Source of the DNA: a virus
IMG/VR virus record: IMGVR_UViG_3300046692_000072
Location: 1 to 64,000 of that record
Length of the DNA stretch: 64,000 nucleotides
Direction: 5' to 3' (one strand)
Below the pieces are notes generated by a model. That model saw only the letters and a list, made by a program, of their open reading frames with translations. It had not been told where the DNA came from and searched no databases. How positions within the stretch are numbered: the first letter of the stretch is position 1; every line of letters begins with the position of its first letter. Positions 9,001-18,902 of this stretch are shown one piece after another. A program made the translations under genes and the position numbers.

Positions 9001-12000
9001 GATCTACCCTTAGCATCAACCCTATTGATGTAGACACCATGCAGAGCATTGAAACGTTGTTCTGCCATATAATGGTCATTAGGGTTTGTAGACTTAGGAT
9101 CATCCATGAGATCCTCAACAACCAAGGACTTCATCACATGACTGTACAGAGTATCAATGCCAGCCAACGCTGTATGATCAAGTTTATCGGCAACACCGAG
9201 GGCAGCAACGAGCGACTGGAATACAGAACGCTGTTGCTGAGTCATATTCCATCCGTGATTCTGGAAAGAGTCCGCCAGTTCGATGACACGTTTAACATAG
9301 ACATCAGCCTCGGCCTTGGTTACTGCATCATCACTATTCAGAGCTACAGTCACTTTAGCGAAGAATCTATTATCAAGATTAGTCAACCAGTCACTGCTAC
9401 CGAACTGGGCACTCTGGTAAAGACGAGTGTCTCCGACAGTGCTGTTATTCAATGGGGTAGAAAGCAGTACCCTCGTGTTAAAACGGAGGTTGCTCCACAG
9501 GTCATCCCCAACCTTTGGTCCACCATTGCCAAACAGCAATCTACGAACAGCAGCAAGGGCATCCTTAGCAAGCTTATACAGTGGGTTAAGAACCTTGGTC
9601 TCGGCAGCAACAGTAGCTAGGTTCTTATTCGTAAGGACCCATGCCATGAATTCATTAAGGGCTTCAGCCTTACGACCTTGATTGAGATAACCATGAACCG
9701 TAGCATCCGCCATCTGACGCGCAGCGATTACAGGGGCAGACTCTGCACTGTAATTAGTCGCTACCCATTCTCCCATCAAGCCTTCGAGTCGGACAATAGC
9801 TTCGCGGTCCTCAATGGAAAGGTCTACCCCATCATAGAAACTTTGAACCTTGGCGAACGTACCGGCATGAAGGAGTTCATGAGCCAGGGTCTCACTACTA
9901 GGGTTAGCAATGTAGATAGTTTTAGTTGCAAAATCGATCTTACCCAATCCTGCTTCAGAAGGGATTCGGTTAGGATTGTTCTCAAGTTCATAAGTACCAA
10001 GAGAAGCGATATCTCCTACAACTATTTTCCAGTCGTTAGAAATATTCTTCGCTGCAAAGCGAATAATCTCAGCGTGGTTTGGATCCAAGCCAGGGATGTT
10101 TGGGAGATCCTTGACCGAGAGAATACGATTACCCAGATCGTCTACGACACCTACCCCACTGAGATCCATGGGGTCAGTAAGCACTGGGGACACCTTATCC
10201 CTGATGGTGTTCCCGCTTACGATCTTGTTCATAGCTTCGGCTATAGCTGGGAAGCCTTGAGCGGCATCCTCAATTACAGACGTTCCAGTCTGTGAGTACG
10301 GGGCAGCAGCAGAAGCCATGTGATCCACGGAGAGAGGCATCTTAGCGATTGCCTCCTTACGTGCTGCAATGGATTCAGCAGCACGAGTGAGAGACTTAGA
10401 AAGACTATCAGCAAAAATAGGAATGAGACTGTTATCACTCAGTTCAAGAGCTTCAGCAATTTTAGCTTTAGTCTTTCCATCGTGCCAGATCTTGGTAAGT
10501 TCTTCTGCCTTGGTAGAGAAAGGATCTTGACGAAGGAATGCCCTGAAAGCATTAGCGATATCCTCAACAGGATTAGCCTGCCAAGCATCGTAGACTGCCT
10601 TGTTAATCAGTTCGGAGTACTCCTTGATCTTAGATGCAGGGAGCTCGATACCGTCGAAGACAGCAAGGATGTTATCCATATTGGTATTGGCAAAGATGTT
10701 CTGAACCATCTGACCATCACCAGTACCAATGACCATGTAAGGGATACCGCCTACACCCGCCTCAGACGGGGAGTAGACAAAGGCAGGACTTTCCAATTTA
10801 CCTGAAAGGGTTTTAGAGAAAGTACGTGAACCAACATCACCACGCTCAGTACCGCCAACGAAGAACTCCTGAGTTCCAGTGTCAATGACAGGATGGAATT
10901 GAGCAGTGTCTTTATAGATCTTGTTCAGCTCAGCCTGACTTAGGAAGTTGTGCTTATTGCCTTTTTCCTTGAGAGCAAGGCGAGCTTCTACCTGACCATC
11001 GAACTTGTCTTTGGCAACCAGGGACATAATCTGAATGGCGGTTTGAACCATGGAGGTAACCTCCATAGATGGTCCCATCATTTCACGAATAGAAGCATCC
11101 AACTGCCTAACGAACATTGCTTTAACATTGTTTTTCAGGTTCAGTAGTTCACCTTTGGTGAACGTAAATTCAGAAGGATCAACATTCCTGTCTTTGACAG
11201 TTTTGTCATTCTTATCCTTAATGGAGTAGTCTTTGACCTCCATGTTTCCGTCTTTGTTAATGACAACAGCTTTGCTGATCAGCGTATTAAGATCCCTGCT
11301 AAACTGTTCCCCATCAACACCAAAGACCGAACCAAGGGAACTATAGTTACCAGTTCCCACGCTGCTCAGACCTTCGTAGATTGAGTCAACAAGAGCACTA
11401 GCAACCTTCCCCGCAATACCCTTAATACCGGAACCATAGACCGTAATCGTCAATGGGTTCTTAGCAATACCACGCTTCAGCGTGAGCATTCCCGTATCAC
11501 TATCAAAGCTCAGATCACTTGTGAGAGCATTCATGGTACGGAGCAGGCTATCCATCATTGGTTCAACAGGAGTACCAACAATAGACTTACGGAAGTCAGC
11601 AATCTTACCTACCAATTTAGTGGTAGCAGTCTGATAAAGGTCACCACCTTGATCTGGTCGAGCATACTCATCAGCAAGGGTCTTACCCGTCTCGCCAATG
11701 AACAGACCACCACGAGCCATGTTTTGAACCCATGCAGCGGTAAACTCACCAGCAGTGAAGTTCATGATAGCATTGATAGGACCGTCAGTCTTACCGTCAG
11801 CTTCCAGAGAAAGGTGATGAGTAAACTCAGAAGCACTAGGATCCTTCTGGTAATCATGCCAAGCAATGAGAGCATGAATCGCCTTCATGGAAATATCAGT
11901 ACCGAGACTATTCTTAAGAATAGTAGGATCGATCTTGGTTGCCCCAGAGCGCCATGCTGAGATGTGATCAGCAGCAACCTTGAACTTGCCAGCAAGATCC

Positions 12001-15000
12001 TTCTGGACCTTCTCCACGGCGATCTCTGGCGATTCCAGTTCAGTCTTGATACCCAGTGCTTGAGCCAGGGTGAGGAAGAATGCCTGCTCATGGTCTGGAT
12101 TACGGAGATCTAGTTGAGCAACAGTAGCAACGAACAGTTCACGGGCAATCTTATCTGCTTGTGGGTTAGACGCACCCTGCATGTGCAGACGCCCTACACG
12201 AGAGACATTGTGCTCGTAGTACTGAGGCATCTCATTAACAGGAACGCCTGCCTTTTTGGCATAGGCTTCAATCGATGCAAGCTGACGCTGCACGTTTCGC
12301 AGAGAGTTTTTGATACCGCGGTTTACGCCATCAATACTTTTGAAATGATTCTTGTTAAGACTTTTAGGGATCACAGACATACCACCTAGAAGATCAACGA
12401 GATCGTTCTCGCTAATCTGATCCAGGAAATCCATAACGTTTTCGTTAACAAAGAACGGAATGTTATTAGCACGCTCAATGACAATACGTTGTTGAGCAGT
12501 GTTCTTCGTAAGCGGATTACGCATCTGCGTTTCCGGTACCTTCGAAGGAGGCGTACCAATATGAGGATCATCAGGGTTCTCAGTCAGAACCACATCAGCA
12601 ATTACAGCAGGAGCACTATCCAGTTCCTTGATCTGCTTAGCAATATCTTCGCTACGCTGATCGAACATCACACGGACAGGTGTCTTACCATTAGGAAGAG
12701 TAGTTGTCTCAAAACTGATGAGTCCTGCTTCAGACATTGCTACCAGCACTTCAGCAGCAACACCTTCAGGGATACCCTTGGTCAAACCAAGGGGAGCAGT
12801 GTCCTTACCTTTGATACCCCAGAACTTAGTAATCAAATCACCAAGATTACGTTTAGCCTCGGAAAGGCTAACACCAGCATTCAAAAACGTAATAACATCC
12901 TCAGAAAGAATATCATCATTACCGAGCTTATACGATTTACGAAGCTCTTCCTCAGTCTGTTTATAGACTTGCTTATCAGCATTCAGGTTCCAGTGGAGAC
13001 CAGCAAGAATAGCCTTCTGGATCAGCTCCTGGTTATATCCAAAACCTTTAGGAGTCTGTTCCAGGATATTCAGAGCACGTCCTTCAATTGAACCAAGGAA
13101 GGTAACCCCCTGTTCAAACAAAGCAGCACGAGTAGTCTTCTGCTTGTTGTGGGTAGTTTCCTCAGTGAAGTACGTCTTCAGTGCACCATTCAAAGAGCGG
13201 AAAATGCTACGAGCATGACCGAGGTAAACACCATAGCTTCTACCAATCCCGGCATCGAAAGCGTAACGAATATCCGAACCTCTCTGGTTGACGAGAGATG
13301 CTCGATTTGTAAGAGCGTCCATGACTGTCTGGAAAGGAGTTTCATTACTTGCAAGGGTATTACCCTCCTCAGAAAGAGTGAACGACTTCAGGAAGTTCGA
13401 TCCCTGAACTAGATTCGGGAAAGCTGTCTCAACAGTTCGAGCCTCTGGCTCAGACTTAGTTCCCACTCCCGGAGCTTGCTCTTTTTCTTGAGCAACGGAG
13501 GTGACTTCTTCAGCTCCCTTTGCGGGGGCTTCTTCTGGGACGACCTGTACTGCCTCAACCTTAGTTTCCTTCACTGGCTCAGATTTAACTTCTTGAACCA
13601 GAGGAGCTGGAGCAGCTTCCACCTTTGGTTCTGGCTTAGCCTCGACCTTGGTCTCTACCTTCGTTTCCGTAGGCGTCTCGAATGCATCAGAAGACGTAGG
13701 CGTAAAGGTCTTAGCCTTAATGCTACGAATAGCAGGACGTAGGGAGACAGTCTGTGTCTCATGGATACCGAACTCAGGCATGTTCTTGGCAACAGAATTT
13801 GCTACCTGAACAACCATCTTGGCTTCAGCGTAGATCTGTTTGGCAAGAGCAGGAGACTTATAGAAGATGGTCTGACCAGCAGAACCATATTCCATCTCCT
13901 TACCCTTAGCATCATAGGAGTGGTTAATAGCATTGACCTTAGCGGACATATGCTTTGCAAACTTCATTAGACGCTGTGCAGCAGCCCGAGCACCTTTACC
14001 GTCTCCACGCTTGATAGCTTGAGCGATAGTACCCAGATGATCATTCATCGAAGGGAATGCAGGATCCAAAGAGGTACCAATGATTTCGTTGGCAACCTCT
14101 TCAGGGGTCTTGCTTTTAGGAGTAGCTTGAAGCGTTTCAAGATCTTCTTGGAATCGTTGAGTAGCACGGAGCAGTGAGACCTTGTTTTCAAGGGCAGCAC
14201 GTTGCGCTGGATCCAGAGCTACAAAACCACGATCTGCTTGATAAAGAACAGAAGCAGCAGTAGTTGCGTTAACACCAGCAGGGTTATAGGCAGCAAGGTC
14301 CGCAGTGTCATTCGCCACAGATTGGGTAACTTCAGCAGGTGACACCTCCCGTGTTTGCTGCATCTGATTAATCGAATCCGTTACGGATCGAAGAACCGGA
14401 TGGTTATTTAGGAACTGGAGCCCCTTAAGATATGAATCAAGCTCAGCCCTATCAGGATGAGACTCCTCCAACTGATTCAATGCTTCGGGGATATCCTGGT
14501 TAAACAACGCATCATTCTTGGTCATCTGATCCAAGACCCAAAGGGCAGAATGCAGACGATCATCCTCAGAGAGGTTTGTATCCGCAGAGCGTTGACCATT
14601 CTTGATCATCGCTTCAATGCGGTTATCCGTATCCATGTTGAATGGTTGAGACGCAACCTCTTCAGGTGACATCTTCATGGAATTCTGAATGTTCGCTACA
14701 TACGCTTGTGCATGTTGAGAAGCAGCAGGAGTAGCATCAGTAGGGATGTTCCTAGCAAGGTTCTCAGCAACCAGGGGAGCTTTAGTGATAAGCTCATTAG
14801 CAGCAGCTTCAACCTTCTCCGCAGAGACAGGAGATGCTGCCTCATTACGCTTATTCAGGTTATCGTTGGTACGTTCAACGAGGGATGCACCGCCTTGGTA
14901 GACAGCTTTTGCAGCACTAGCAATTGCATGAAGACCTACACCAGGAGCCTGAGTAAGTGCAGTGGAACCAATGACACCAGGAACTGTCTTACCGATATCT

Positions 15001-16184
15001 TCACCAACACCCTCAAGGACATCCTTGTTAGCGTTGGACACATTCTGTTGAACGACATTAGAAATCAGGTCACCAGAAGCGGTTTGAGGAATTTCCTCAA
15101 CGAGTTCCTTACCAATGTTCTTGGCAGCAGTCAGAACAGATGCAGGCTTGAAAGGATTGCCTTCAAACTTGGAGACAACCTTACCAGTTACAGCACCAGC
15201 AACTGCTTGCAGTGGTGCAGCAATCTGACCAGCACGGTTCGCCACATAACGCTTTGCATCCTCTGGGGTATCACCAGCAGCAATACGTTCCTTATACAGA
15301 GGAGAGTTAACTACCTCTGGATCATTCAACACATCTGTGACGGTTTGCTGATAAGACCCACCACCTTCTTGGATCCCGATAGCAGCAGGAACTGCCAGCG
15401 CTTCAGGGACACGAGCAGCAGTCAGGAGCTTGGACGTAGGACCGGCAGCAAGCAAGGAACCAGCAGCATTACCTACGACATCATTCGTGAGGGCAGGAGA
15501 TGCAAGAGTACGCTCAAGCGCAGCTCCAGCGTCACGACCTACACGAAGCAAGCCTGCACCACCTGCACTAAGATCCCAAGAATCGTTTTCTTGTTGAGTC
15601 TTATTGTCAGTAGCTTCAAGCTGAGAAGCAATAGCTTCTTCCTGACGTGCTTGGTTCAGAGCATCTGACTGATAGGTCTGGAGAGTCTTGTTAGCCTCAT
15701 TACCTGCTTCAACGATCTTGGTAGCATTGGTAGGGCTGAACGGAGAGACGGCAAGACCAAGGAGACCAGAACCGAGACCTACAACACCCTGAGCAGCAGA
15801 GTTAGCGAGGTCACCAAGCAGTTCCGGTTCACCTTGATGCATGTCAGCAACTGTTCTGGAACGGTTCTGAGCACCAATAAGGTTACGTTGTGCCTGTGCA
15901 GAACCAGGACCATACTTAGCTTCCAGCTCATATGGACCCAGTGTATTGGCATCCAGTACGAACTGATCACCCATTGCAGGGGTGTTCTCATTCTTCAGAG
16001 CAGTGGCAATCATATCTGATGCACCACCAAGCAGAGCCTTCTTCCCCTGGCTCACAGCAGAAAGTTCAACTTGTTTAGGTGCAGTAGCGGCAGCGAGAGC
16101 TTCTGTTACACGAGCTGTAGTATCAGATCGAAGTGCTCTCTGTTGATCCAAGGGAGAAAGGGGACCTTGGGGAAAATCAACCAT
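6078..16184 (-). CDS. virion-encapsidated RNA polymerase (N4 gp50, vRNAP)
   Basis: 3368 aa; RVGRLHM, motif A LEADGKTDGP, motif B KRGIAKNPLTITVYGSG, motif C AVFDGIE; no Cys seen on reading, as known for N4 vRNAP. Confidence 0.97.
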   Translation of the reverse strand: MVDFPQGPLSPLDQQRALRSDTTARVTEALAAATAPKQVELSAVSQGKKALLGGASDMIATALKNENTPAMGDQFVLDANTLGPYELEAKYGPGSAQAQRNLIGAQNRSRTVADMHQGEPELLGDLANSAAQGVVGLGSGLLGLAVSPFSPTNATKIVEAGNEANKTLQTYQSDALNQARQEEAIASQLEATDNKTQQENDSWDLSAGGAGLLRVGRDAGAALERTLASPALTNDVVGNAAGSLLAAGPTSKLLTAARVPEALAVPAAIGIQEGGGSYQQTVTDVLNDPEVVNSPLYKERIAAGDTPEDAKRYVANRAGQIAAPLQAVAGAVTGKVVSKFEGNPFKPASVLTAAKNIGKELVEEIPQTASGDLISNVVQQNVSNANKDVLEGVGEDIGKTVPGVIGSTALTQAPGVGLHAIASAAKAVYQGGASLVERTNDNLNKRNEAASPVSAEKVEAAANELITKAPLVAENLARNIPTDATPAASQHAQAYVANIQNSMKMSPEEVASQPFNMDTDNRIEAMIKNGQRSADTNLSEDDRLHSALWVLDQMTKNDALFNQDIPEALNQLEESHPDRAELDSYLKGLQFLNNHPVLRSVTDSINQMQQTREVSPAEVTQSVANDTADLAAYNPAGVNATTAASVLYQADRGFVALDPAQRAALENKVSLLRATQRFQEDLETLQATPKSKTPEEVANEIIGTSLDPAFPSMNDHLGTIAQAIKRGDGKGARAAAQRLMKFAKHMSAKVNAINHSYDAKGKEMEYGSAGQTIFYKSPALAKQIYAEAKMVVQVANSVAKNMPEFGIHETQTVSLRPAIRSIKAKTFTPTSSDAFETPTETKVETKVEAKPEPKVEAAPAPLVQEVKSEPVKETKVEAVQVVPEEAPAKGAEEVTSVAQEKEQAPGVGTKSEPEARTVETAFPNLVQGSNFLKSFTLSEEGNTLASNETPFQTVMDALTNRASLVNQRGSDIRYAFDAGIGRSYGVYLGHARSIFRSLNGALKTYFTEETTHNKQKTTRAALFEQGVTFLGSIEGRALNILEQTPKGFGYNQELIQKAILAGLHWNLNADKQVYKQTEEELRKSYKLGNDDILSEDVITFLNAGVSLSEAKRNLGDLITKFWGIKGKDTAPLGLTKGIPEGVAAEVLVAMSEAGLISFETTTLPNGKTPVRVMFDQRSEDIAKQIKELDSAPAVIADVVLTENPDDPHIGTPPSKVPETQMRNPLTKNTAQQRIVIERANNIPFFVNENVMDFLDQISENDLVDLLGGMSVIPKSLNKNHFKSIDGVNRGIKNSLRNVQRQLASIEAYAKKAGVPVNEMPQYYEHNVSRVGRLHMQGASNPQADKIARELFVATVAQLDLRNPDHEQAFFLTLAQALGIKTELESPEIAVEKVQKDLAGKFKVAADHISAWRSGATKIDPTILKNSLGTDISMKAIHALIAWHDYQKDPSASEFTHHLSLEADGKTDGPINAIMNFTAGEFTAAWVQNMARGGLFIGETGKTLADEYARPDQGGDLYQTATTKLVGKIADFRKSIVGTPVEPMMDSLLRTMNALTSDLSFDSDTGMLTLKRGIAKNPLTITVYGSGIKGIAGKVASALVDSIYEGLSSVGTGNYSSLGSVFGVDGEQFSRDLNTLISKAVVINKDGNMEVKDYSIKDKNDKTVKDRNVDPSEFTFTKGELLNLKNNVKAMFVRQLDASIREMMGPSMEVTSMVQTAIQIMSLVAKDKFDGQVEARLALKEKGNKHNFLSQAELNKIYKDTAQFHPVIDTGTQEFFVGGTERGDVGSRTFSKTLSGKLESPAFVYSPSEAGVGGIPYMVIGTGDGQMVQNIFANTNMDNILAVFDGIELPASKIKEYSELINKAVYDAWQANPVEDIANAFRAFLRQDPFSTKAEELTKIWHDGKTKAKIAEALELSDNSLIPIFADSLSKSLTRAAESIAARKEAIAKMPLSVDHMASAAAPYSQTGTSVIEDAAQGFPAIAEAMNKIVSGNTIRDKVSPVLTDPMDLSGVGVVDDLGNRILSVKDLPNIPGLDPNHAEIIRFAAKNISNDWKIVVGDIASLGTYELENNPNRIPSEAGLGKIDFATKTIYIANPSSETLAHELLHAGTFAKVQSFYDGVDLSIEDREAIVRLEGLMGEWVATNYSAESAPVIAARQMADATVHGYLNQGRKAEALNEFMAWVLTNKNLATVAAETKVLNPLYKLAKDALAAVRRLLFGNGGPKVGDDLWSNLRFNTRVLLSTPLNNSTVGDTRLYQSAQFGSSDWLTNLDNRFFAKVTVALNSDDAVTKAEADVYVKRVIELADSFQNHGWNMTQQQRSVFQSLVAALGVADKLDHTALAGIDTLYSHVMKSLVVEDLMDDPKSTNPNDHYMAEQRFNALHGVYINRVDAKGRSALMPTFLALAVTSERLQGVLKKFSLPKNIADKQESKFDDVLMKAGLNVIDNFTKSVSGQKGENVAQAINSLVQVLAAQEAEDKFFILNQVGNKISGFEQMLRENTQSLTDKWDKKLKTYVASNPSNKWASFAATMSRMSLGIINDNVAGSIAESVTGILNRQEGMTTLREFFSEMSGRLQSNASVWDMITKVRTVVQQSRQQFREKLPAKIARHFTVKLSDQEWEHLYNGLAKTDLASLVESLGVNKTLEVLESPAAVAQELQKLQLRLRTLDPINEQKLLLKIAELAKFMNTGEASANQLRNAHAIANLLGEGGRKSRAPQELIDVIDQLVTLTALDKLDRQIMSTLSSLVQKEPEGMEFTLAYLTGQRKDEMARVTNDVAKANHYKGFIPLENENGHQLTIINDHYGTKLLPLGFTRVADYEGSKSEGSGVSRGYYYAPVAGKAAYNQGIFQTVHSTASGVDPVTGQTVGTVNAGVIRDAAEVARITRRRRSNGGFEALLPIYDALGDVVAYERHAHPAQLERLNPNRNLSEMIGAWKGRQVEEHFARQFNTELIKNLATIYNDARPEDKNQFVDFFASKDKIIQDAAKLISPEVRAEIQREFGGKELWVRKDMLNDSFGSRQASVGDAWTGNTRWSESTVKRFRKIATTIFDIAGDGNNAYKYLVKGEEVVQKGVAAAKELIVVKSVIVPVSNILSNMYQLLHAGVPVTDIIRGMATKTIEVNKYIQNKDRQIELEADLRAAQVRKDVRAERKLQTEWNQLEDSNKRLSIWKLIEEGQFSAISEGGPTQEDLAISKGKYVDYVENLVKNIPIPGPAQTVARYAMITKDTVAYKALARATQYGDFLAKGILYDHLKKTMPHTEAVANVSEEFVNYNRLSGRTRNYLESIGAIWFWNFKIRSVKIALRTIRRNPLRALLFMSTPSLPIIGSIGTPMTDNFFTVLEDGNLGNSIGPGMGLRAPFLNPYLNLVF

Positions 16185-16196
16185 CTAAATGAGCCT

Positions 16197-16223
16197 CAAA
16201 AGAAAGGGGAACCGAAGTTCCCC
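16197..16223 (-). terminator. intrinsic terminator upstream of vRNAP
   Basis: minus strand GGGGAAC-TTCG-GTTCCCC-TTTCTTTT (UUCG tetraloop). Confidence 0.75.
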
Positions 16224-16249
16224 AATCAATACCAGACTATCTCAGATGG

Positions 16250-18424
16250 TCAATAGACACCTAGTCGTCTCTTATTCTCAAGAGCAGGGTTATTGATCTC
16301 ATTAGCAATAGCATCTTGCAACAGTTGCTGTGCATTTGGTTGGTTTACAGTACCTTGACGAGGACCTTGTTGTGGTCTCGGAGGAGGTACAGCAAGTCCA
16401 GGCTGTGCAGGTTCACCACGGTTTTGCCGAACAACACCACCAATAGATAAGAATTTCTTACGATCCTCATCATACTGCTTTTTAGCAGCTTCATAGAATC
16501 GTTGAGACATATTAAGGACTCGTTCAGATTCCTTGGTTCCACGAATAGCTTGCTGTCCAGTATCCTTGTTAAGCTGTGCCTGTGCTTTCTTGAGTTGTTC
16601 CCAAGAAGCATTGAAGTTATCCCGTTGACGATCTGATTCATTCAGATTGGAAATATCATTCAGCAATTTATCAGTAGGCTTACCTGTAACAGGGTCCAGA
16701 GCCATACCTTTAAGACGATCCAATTTTTCTGGATTGTATGAAAGATCTGCTCGATTATACACCCAGCTTTTAAGCCAATCTCTGATTGGTTGGTTACCTC
16801 GAAGAGAATTAGCAATCATACCTCCTGCAATAGCAGGAGATACTTTAGCTTCTGCGCCAACACGCTCAATGACAGATGCCATATCATTAATATCAACATT
16901 GGTTCCCGCAAAGCGAGGATTCTTCATAACCTGTTGGGCAACAGTACCTGCATCAGCATCTGACTTAAGATTCTTAGTAAAGTCATTAATAATAGCAACA
17001 TCAGGATTAGAGTTACGATCCAGATCATACTGACGAATGTATGCTTGATGTTGGAGATCTTCGCGTTCCAATCCTCGACCTGCATCAGTGCTCTTATTCA
17101 AAGCTGCGGTTATAGCAGCTTCAAATTTAGCAGCACCTTCAGGTGTGGACGTTTGTTCGGCAACAGACTTTGCTCCTTCAGGGGTAGCAGTCATGCTGGC
17201 AATAATATTGGACTTCTGAACAGCAGCGTTATCAGGAGGAATGATTGTACCATCAGCAGCAACTACTGGACGATTTGGATCTCCTGATTCAAACAGACCG
17301 GATTTATCCGCAGCTTCAACGGTCTTGAGTGCTTCAATACGTTGATCAATAGGGAGATCGGTAGGAATAGCAGCAACGGCAGATGCTTTATCCAAAGCAG
17401 ATTGGATAGCATCTGTACCAATGGATCGACCAGCATCCCTAAGATCTGCCTGACGAACATCCTCCTGTTCTTTACGATCTCCTTCACGAAACTTCTGACC
17501 CTGCACCGCAGCTTCAAAGTTACCTTTCTGAACATCCAGACCATTGGTCATGGTGAGGGTGCGCTGAAGACGCTGATTGTTAATCAGTGCAGCGTTAGCA
17601 GCTTCTGGATCAGTAGCAGCAAGAGCCCGAATAGAATTGATATCCGTGAAGCCCTCAGGGAAGATCTGAGCACCACCATCCGTACCTTTGACAGCAGCAC
17701 CTCGGAGAGGTCCAGCAACAGGACGCAAGGGACCACCGCCACCTACAGGAGCTCCATAGCTAGACGTAGCTTGAGCCAAGAGGGAAGTAGCACCTGGGGT
17801 CACTGGATCTACAGGTACATCCTCAGACATTACCTGAGACGTTTCATCACCACGGACAGGTCCGCCTGCTGGCATAGGACGAAAGTCCTCGACCGTTGGC
17901 ACCGCTTGGGCAGCAGGTTGAGCAACAGGGACAACAGTTGGTGCAGTTGGAAGAGGTTGTGCTTTGCCCTTGAGGGGAACAGCAACTGGGACATTGGTAG
18001 CAACACCTGGGACAATTTGACCATCAGCAGTAAGGTATTCCGAACCCACACCGCCAGCAACAGGGATAGTGTCAGACGCAGCAGCAGCGCCACCCTTGCC
18101 ACCTTTACCCTTACCCGTTTGGGCTAGGCGAGCATATCCAAGAGCATTAGCTTGATTCTGCTTCTGTACACCGAGAGCGAAGTTAAATGCTTCTGGATCC
18201 AGAAAGGCAGGATCTACACCTTGGACTTGATCCAAAGGAGTTCCATTCAGGATCTGACCCATGAACTGAGACGAGTTCTCACGAGTCTTCTGGTCACCAT
18301 AAGCAGCAACACTCTTACGCATGATATCAGCAGCGTTAGAGATGCTCTCACCTACGAGAGCCTGTGCCTGATTAACAGAGCTGAAGTTGGGAGCAGATAC
18401 CTCCCTCCAAGTAAGTGGAGCCAT
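16250..18424 (-). CDS. internal virion/ejection protein (N4 gp51-like)
   Basis: MAPLTWREVSAPNFS N-terminus typical of this position; adjacent to vRNAP. Confidence 0.75.
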   Translation of the reverse strand: MAPLTWREVSAPNFSSVNQAQALVGESISNAADIMRKSVAAYGDQKTRENSSQFMGQILNGTPLDQVQGVDPAFLDPEAFNFALGVQKQNQANALGYARLAQTGKGKGGKGGAAAASDTIPVAGGVGSEYLTADGQIVPGVATNVPVAVPLKGKAQPLPTAPTVVPVAQPAAQAVPTVEDFRPMPAGGPVRGDETSQVMSEDVPVDPVTPGATSLLAQATSSYGAPVGGGGPLRPVAGPLRGAAVKGTDGGAQIFPEGFTDINSIRALAATDPEAANAALINNQRLQRTLTMTNGLDVQKGNFEAAVQGQKFREGDRKEQEDVRQADLRDAGRSIGTDAIQSALDKASAVAAIPTDLPIDQRIEALKTVEAADKSGLFESGDPNRPVVAADGTIIPPDNAAVQKSNIIASMTATPEGAKSVAEQTSTPEGAAKFEAAITAALNKSTDAGRGLEREDLQHQAYIRQYDLDRNSNPDVAIINDFTKNLKSDADAGTVAQQVMKNPRFAGTNVDINDMASVIERVGAEAKVSPAIAGGMIANSLRGNQPIRDWLKSWVYNRADLSYNPEKLDRLKGMALDPVTGKPTDKLLNDISNLNESDRQRDNFNASWEQLKKAQAQLNKDTGQQAIRGTKESERVLNMSQRFYEAAKKQYDEDRKKFLSIGGVVRQNRGEPAQPGLAVPPPRPQQGPRQGTVNQPNAQQLLQDAIANEINNPALENKRRLGVY

Positions 18425-18425
18425 G

Positions 18426-18902
18426 TTAACCTACCTTCTTCTGCTGAAGAGAATTCGTATTAACATACGAATCAATCTGGTCTTGGGACTGACCTTCAGT
18501 GAAACCACGAGCACGGGCACGATCAGAGAGAGCTGTATTGTAGCTGCTGATCTGGTTCGCAAGGTTCCTATTGGCGAAGTCCTTGGTGAAGGAGAACTGT
18601 TGCTTGGCAAGCTTCTGAGCCTGAAAGGCATTCCAGAGATTACCAATGGTACCAAGAGCACCAGAAACAACATTCAGTCCATTAAGACCACCACCACCTC
18701 CCATACCAAATAGACCTCCACCGGAGGCAGCGGCAGGAGAACCAAAGTTAGCAGGAAGGGCACTACTGAAGTCCATTCCAGTATAGCCTGTAGCACCAGG
18801 GCCTAGATCAAAGCCACCCTGTGCCTGTGTGTTTTGAATAGCGGAATTCACAATTCCACCGTTGGTAAAACCAGCAAGATCAAAAGCAGATGGAAGTGCC
18901 AT
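18426..18902 (-). CDS. virion/ejection protein (N4 gp52-like)
   Basis: 158 aa Gly-rich, LAKQQFSF..NQISSYNTALSDRARAR; synteny. Confidence 0.8.
   Translation of the reverse strand: MALPSAFDLAGFTNGGIVNSAIQNTQAQGGFDLGPGATGYTGMDFSSALPANFGSPAAASGGGLFGMGGGGGLNGLNVVSGALGTIGNLWNAFQAQKLAKQQFSFTKDFANRNLANQISSYNTALSDRARARGFTEGQSQDQIDSYVNTNSLQQKKVG

Noticed and set aside
6411-15668. Long + strand ORFs (up to 355 aa) opposite vRNAP
   Set aside because: Antisense shadows of a codon-biased gene; no RBS or recognisable motifs.
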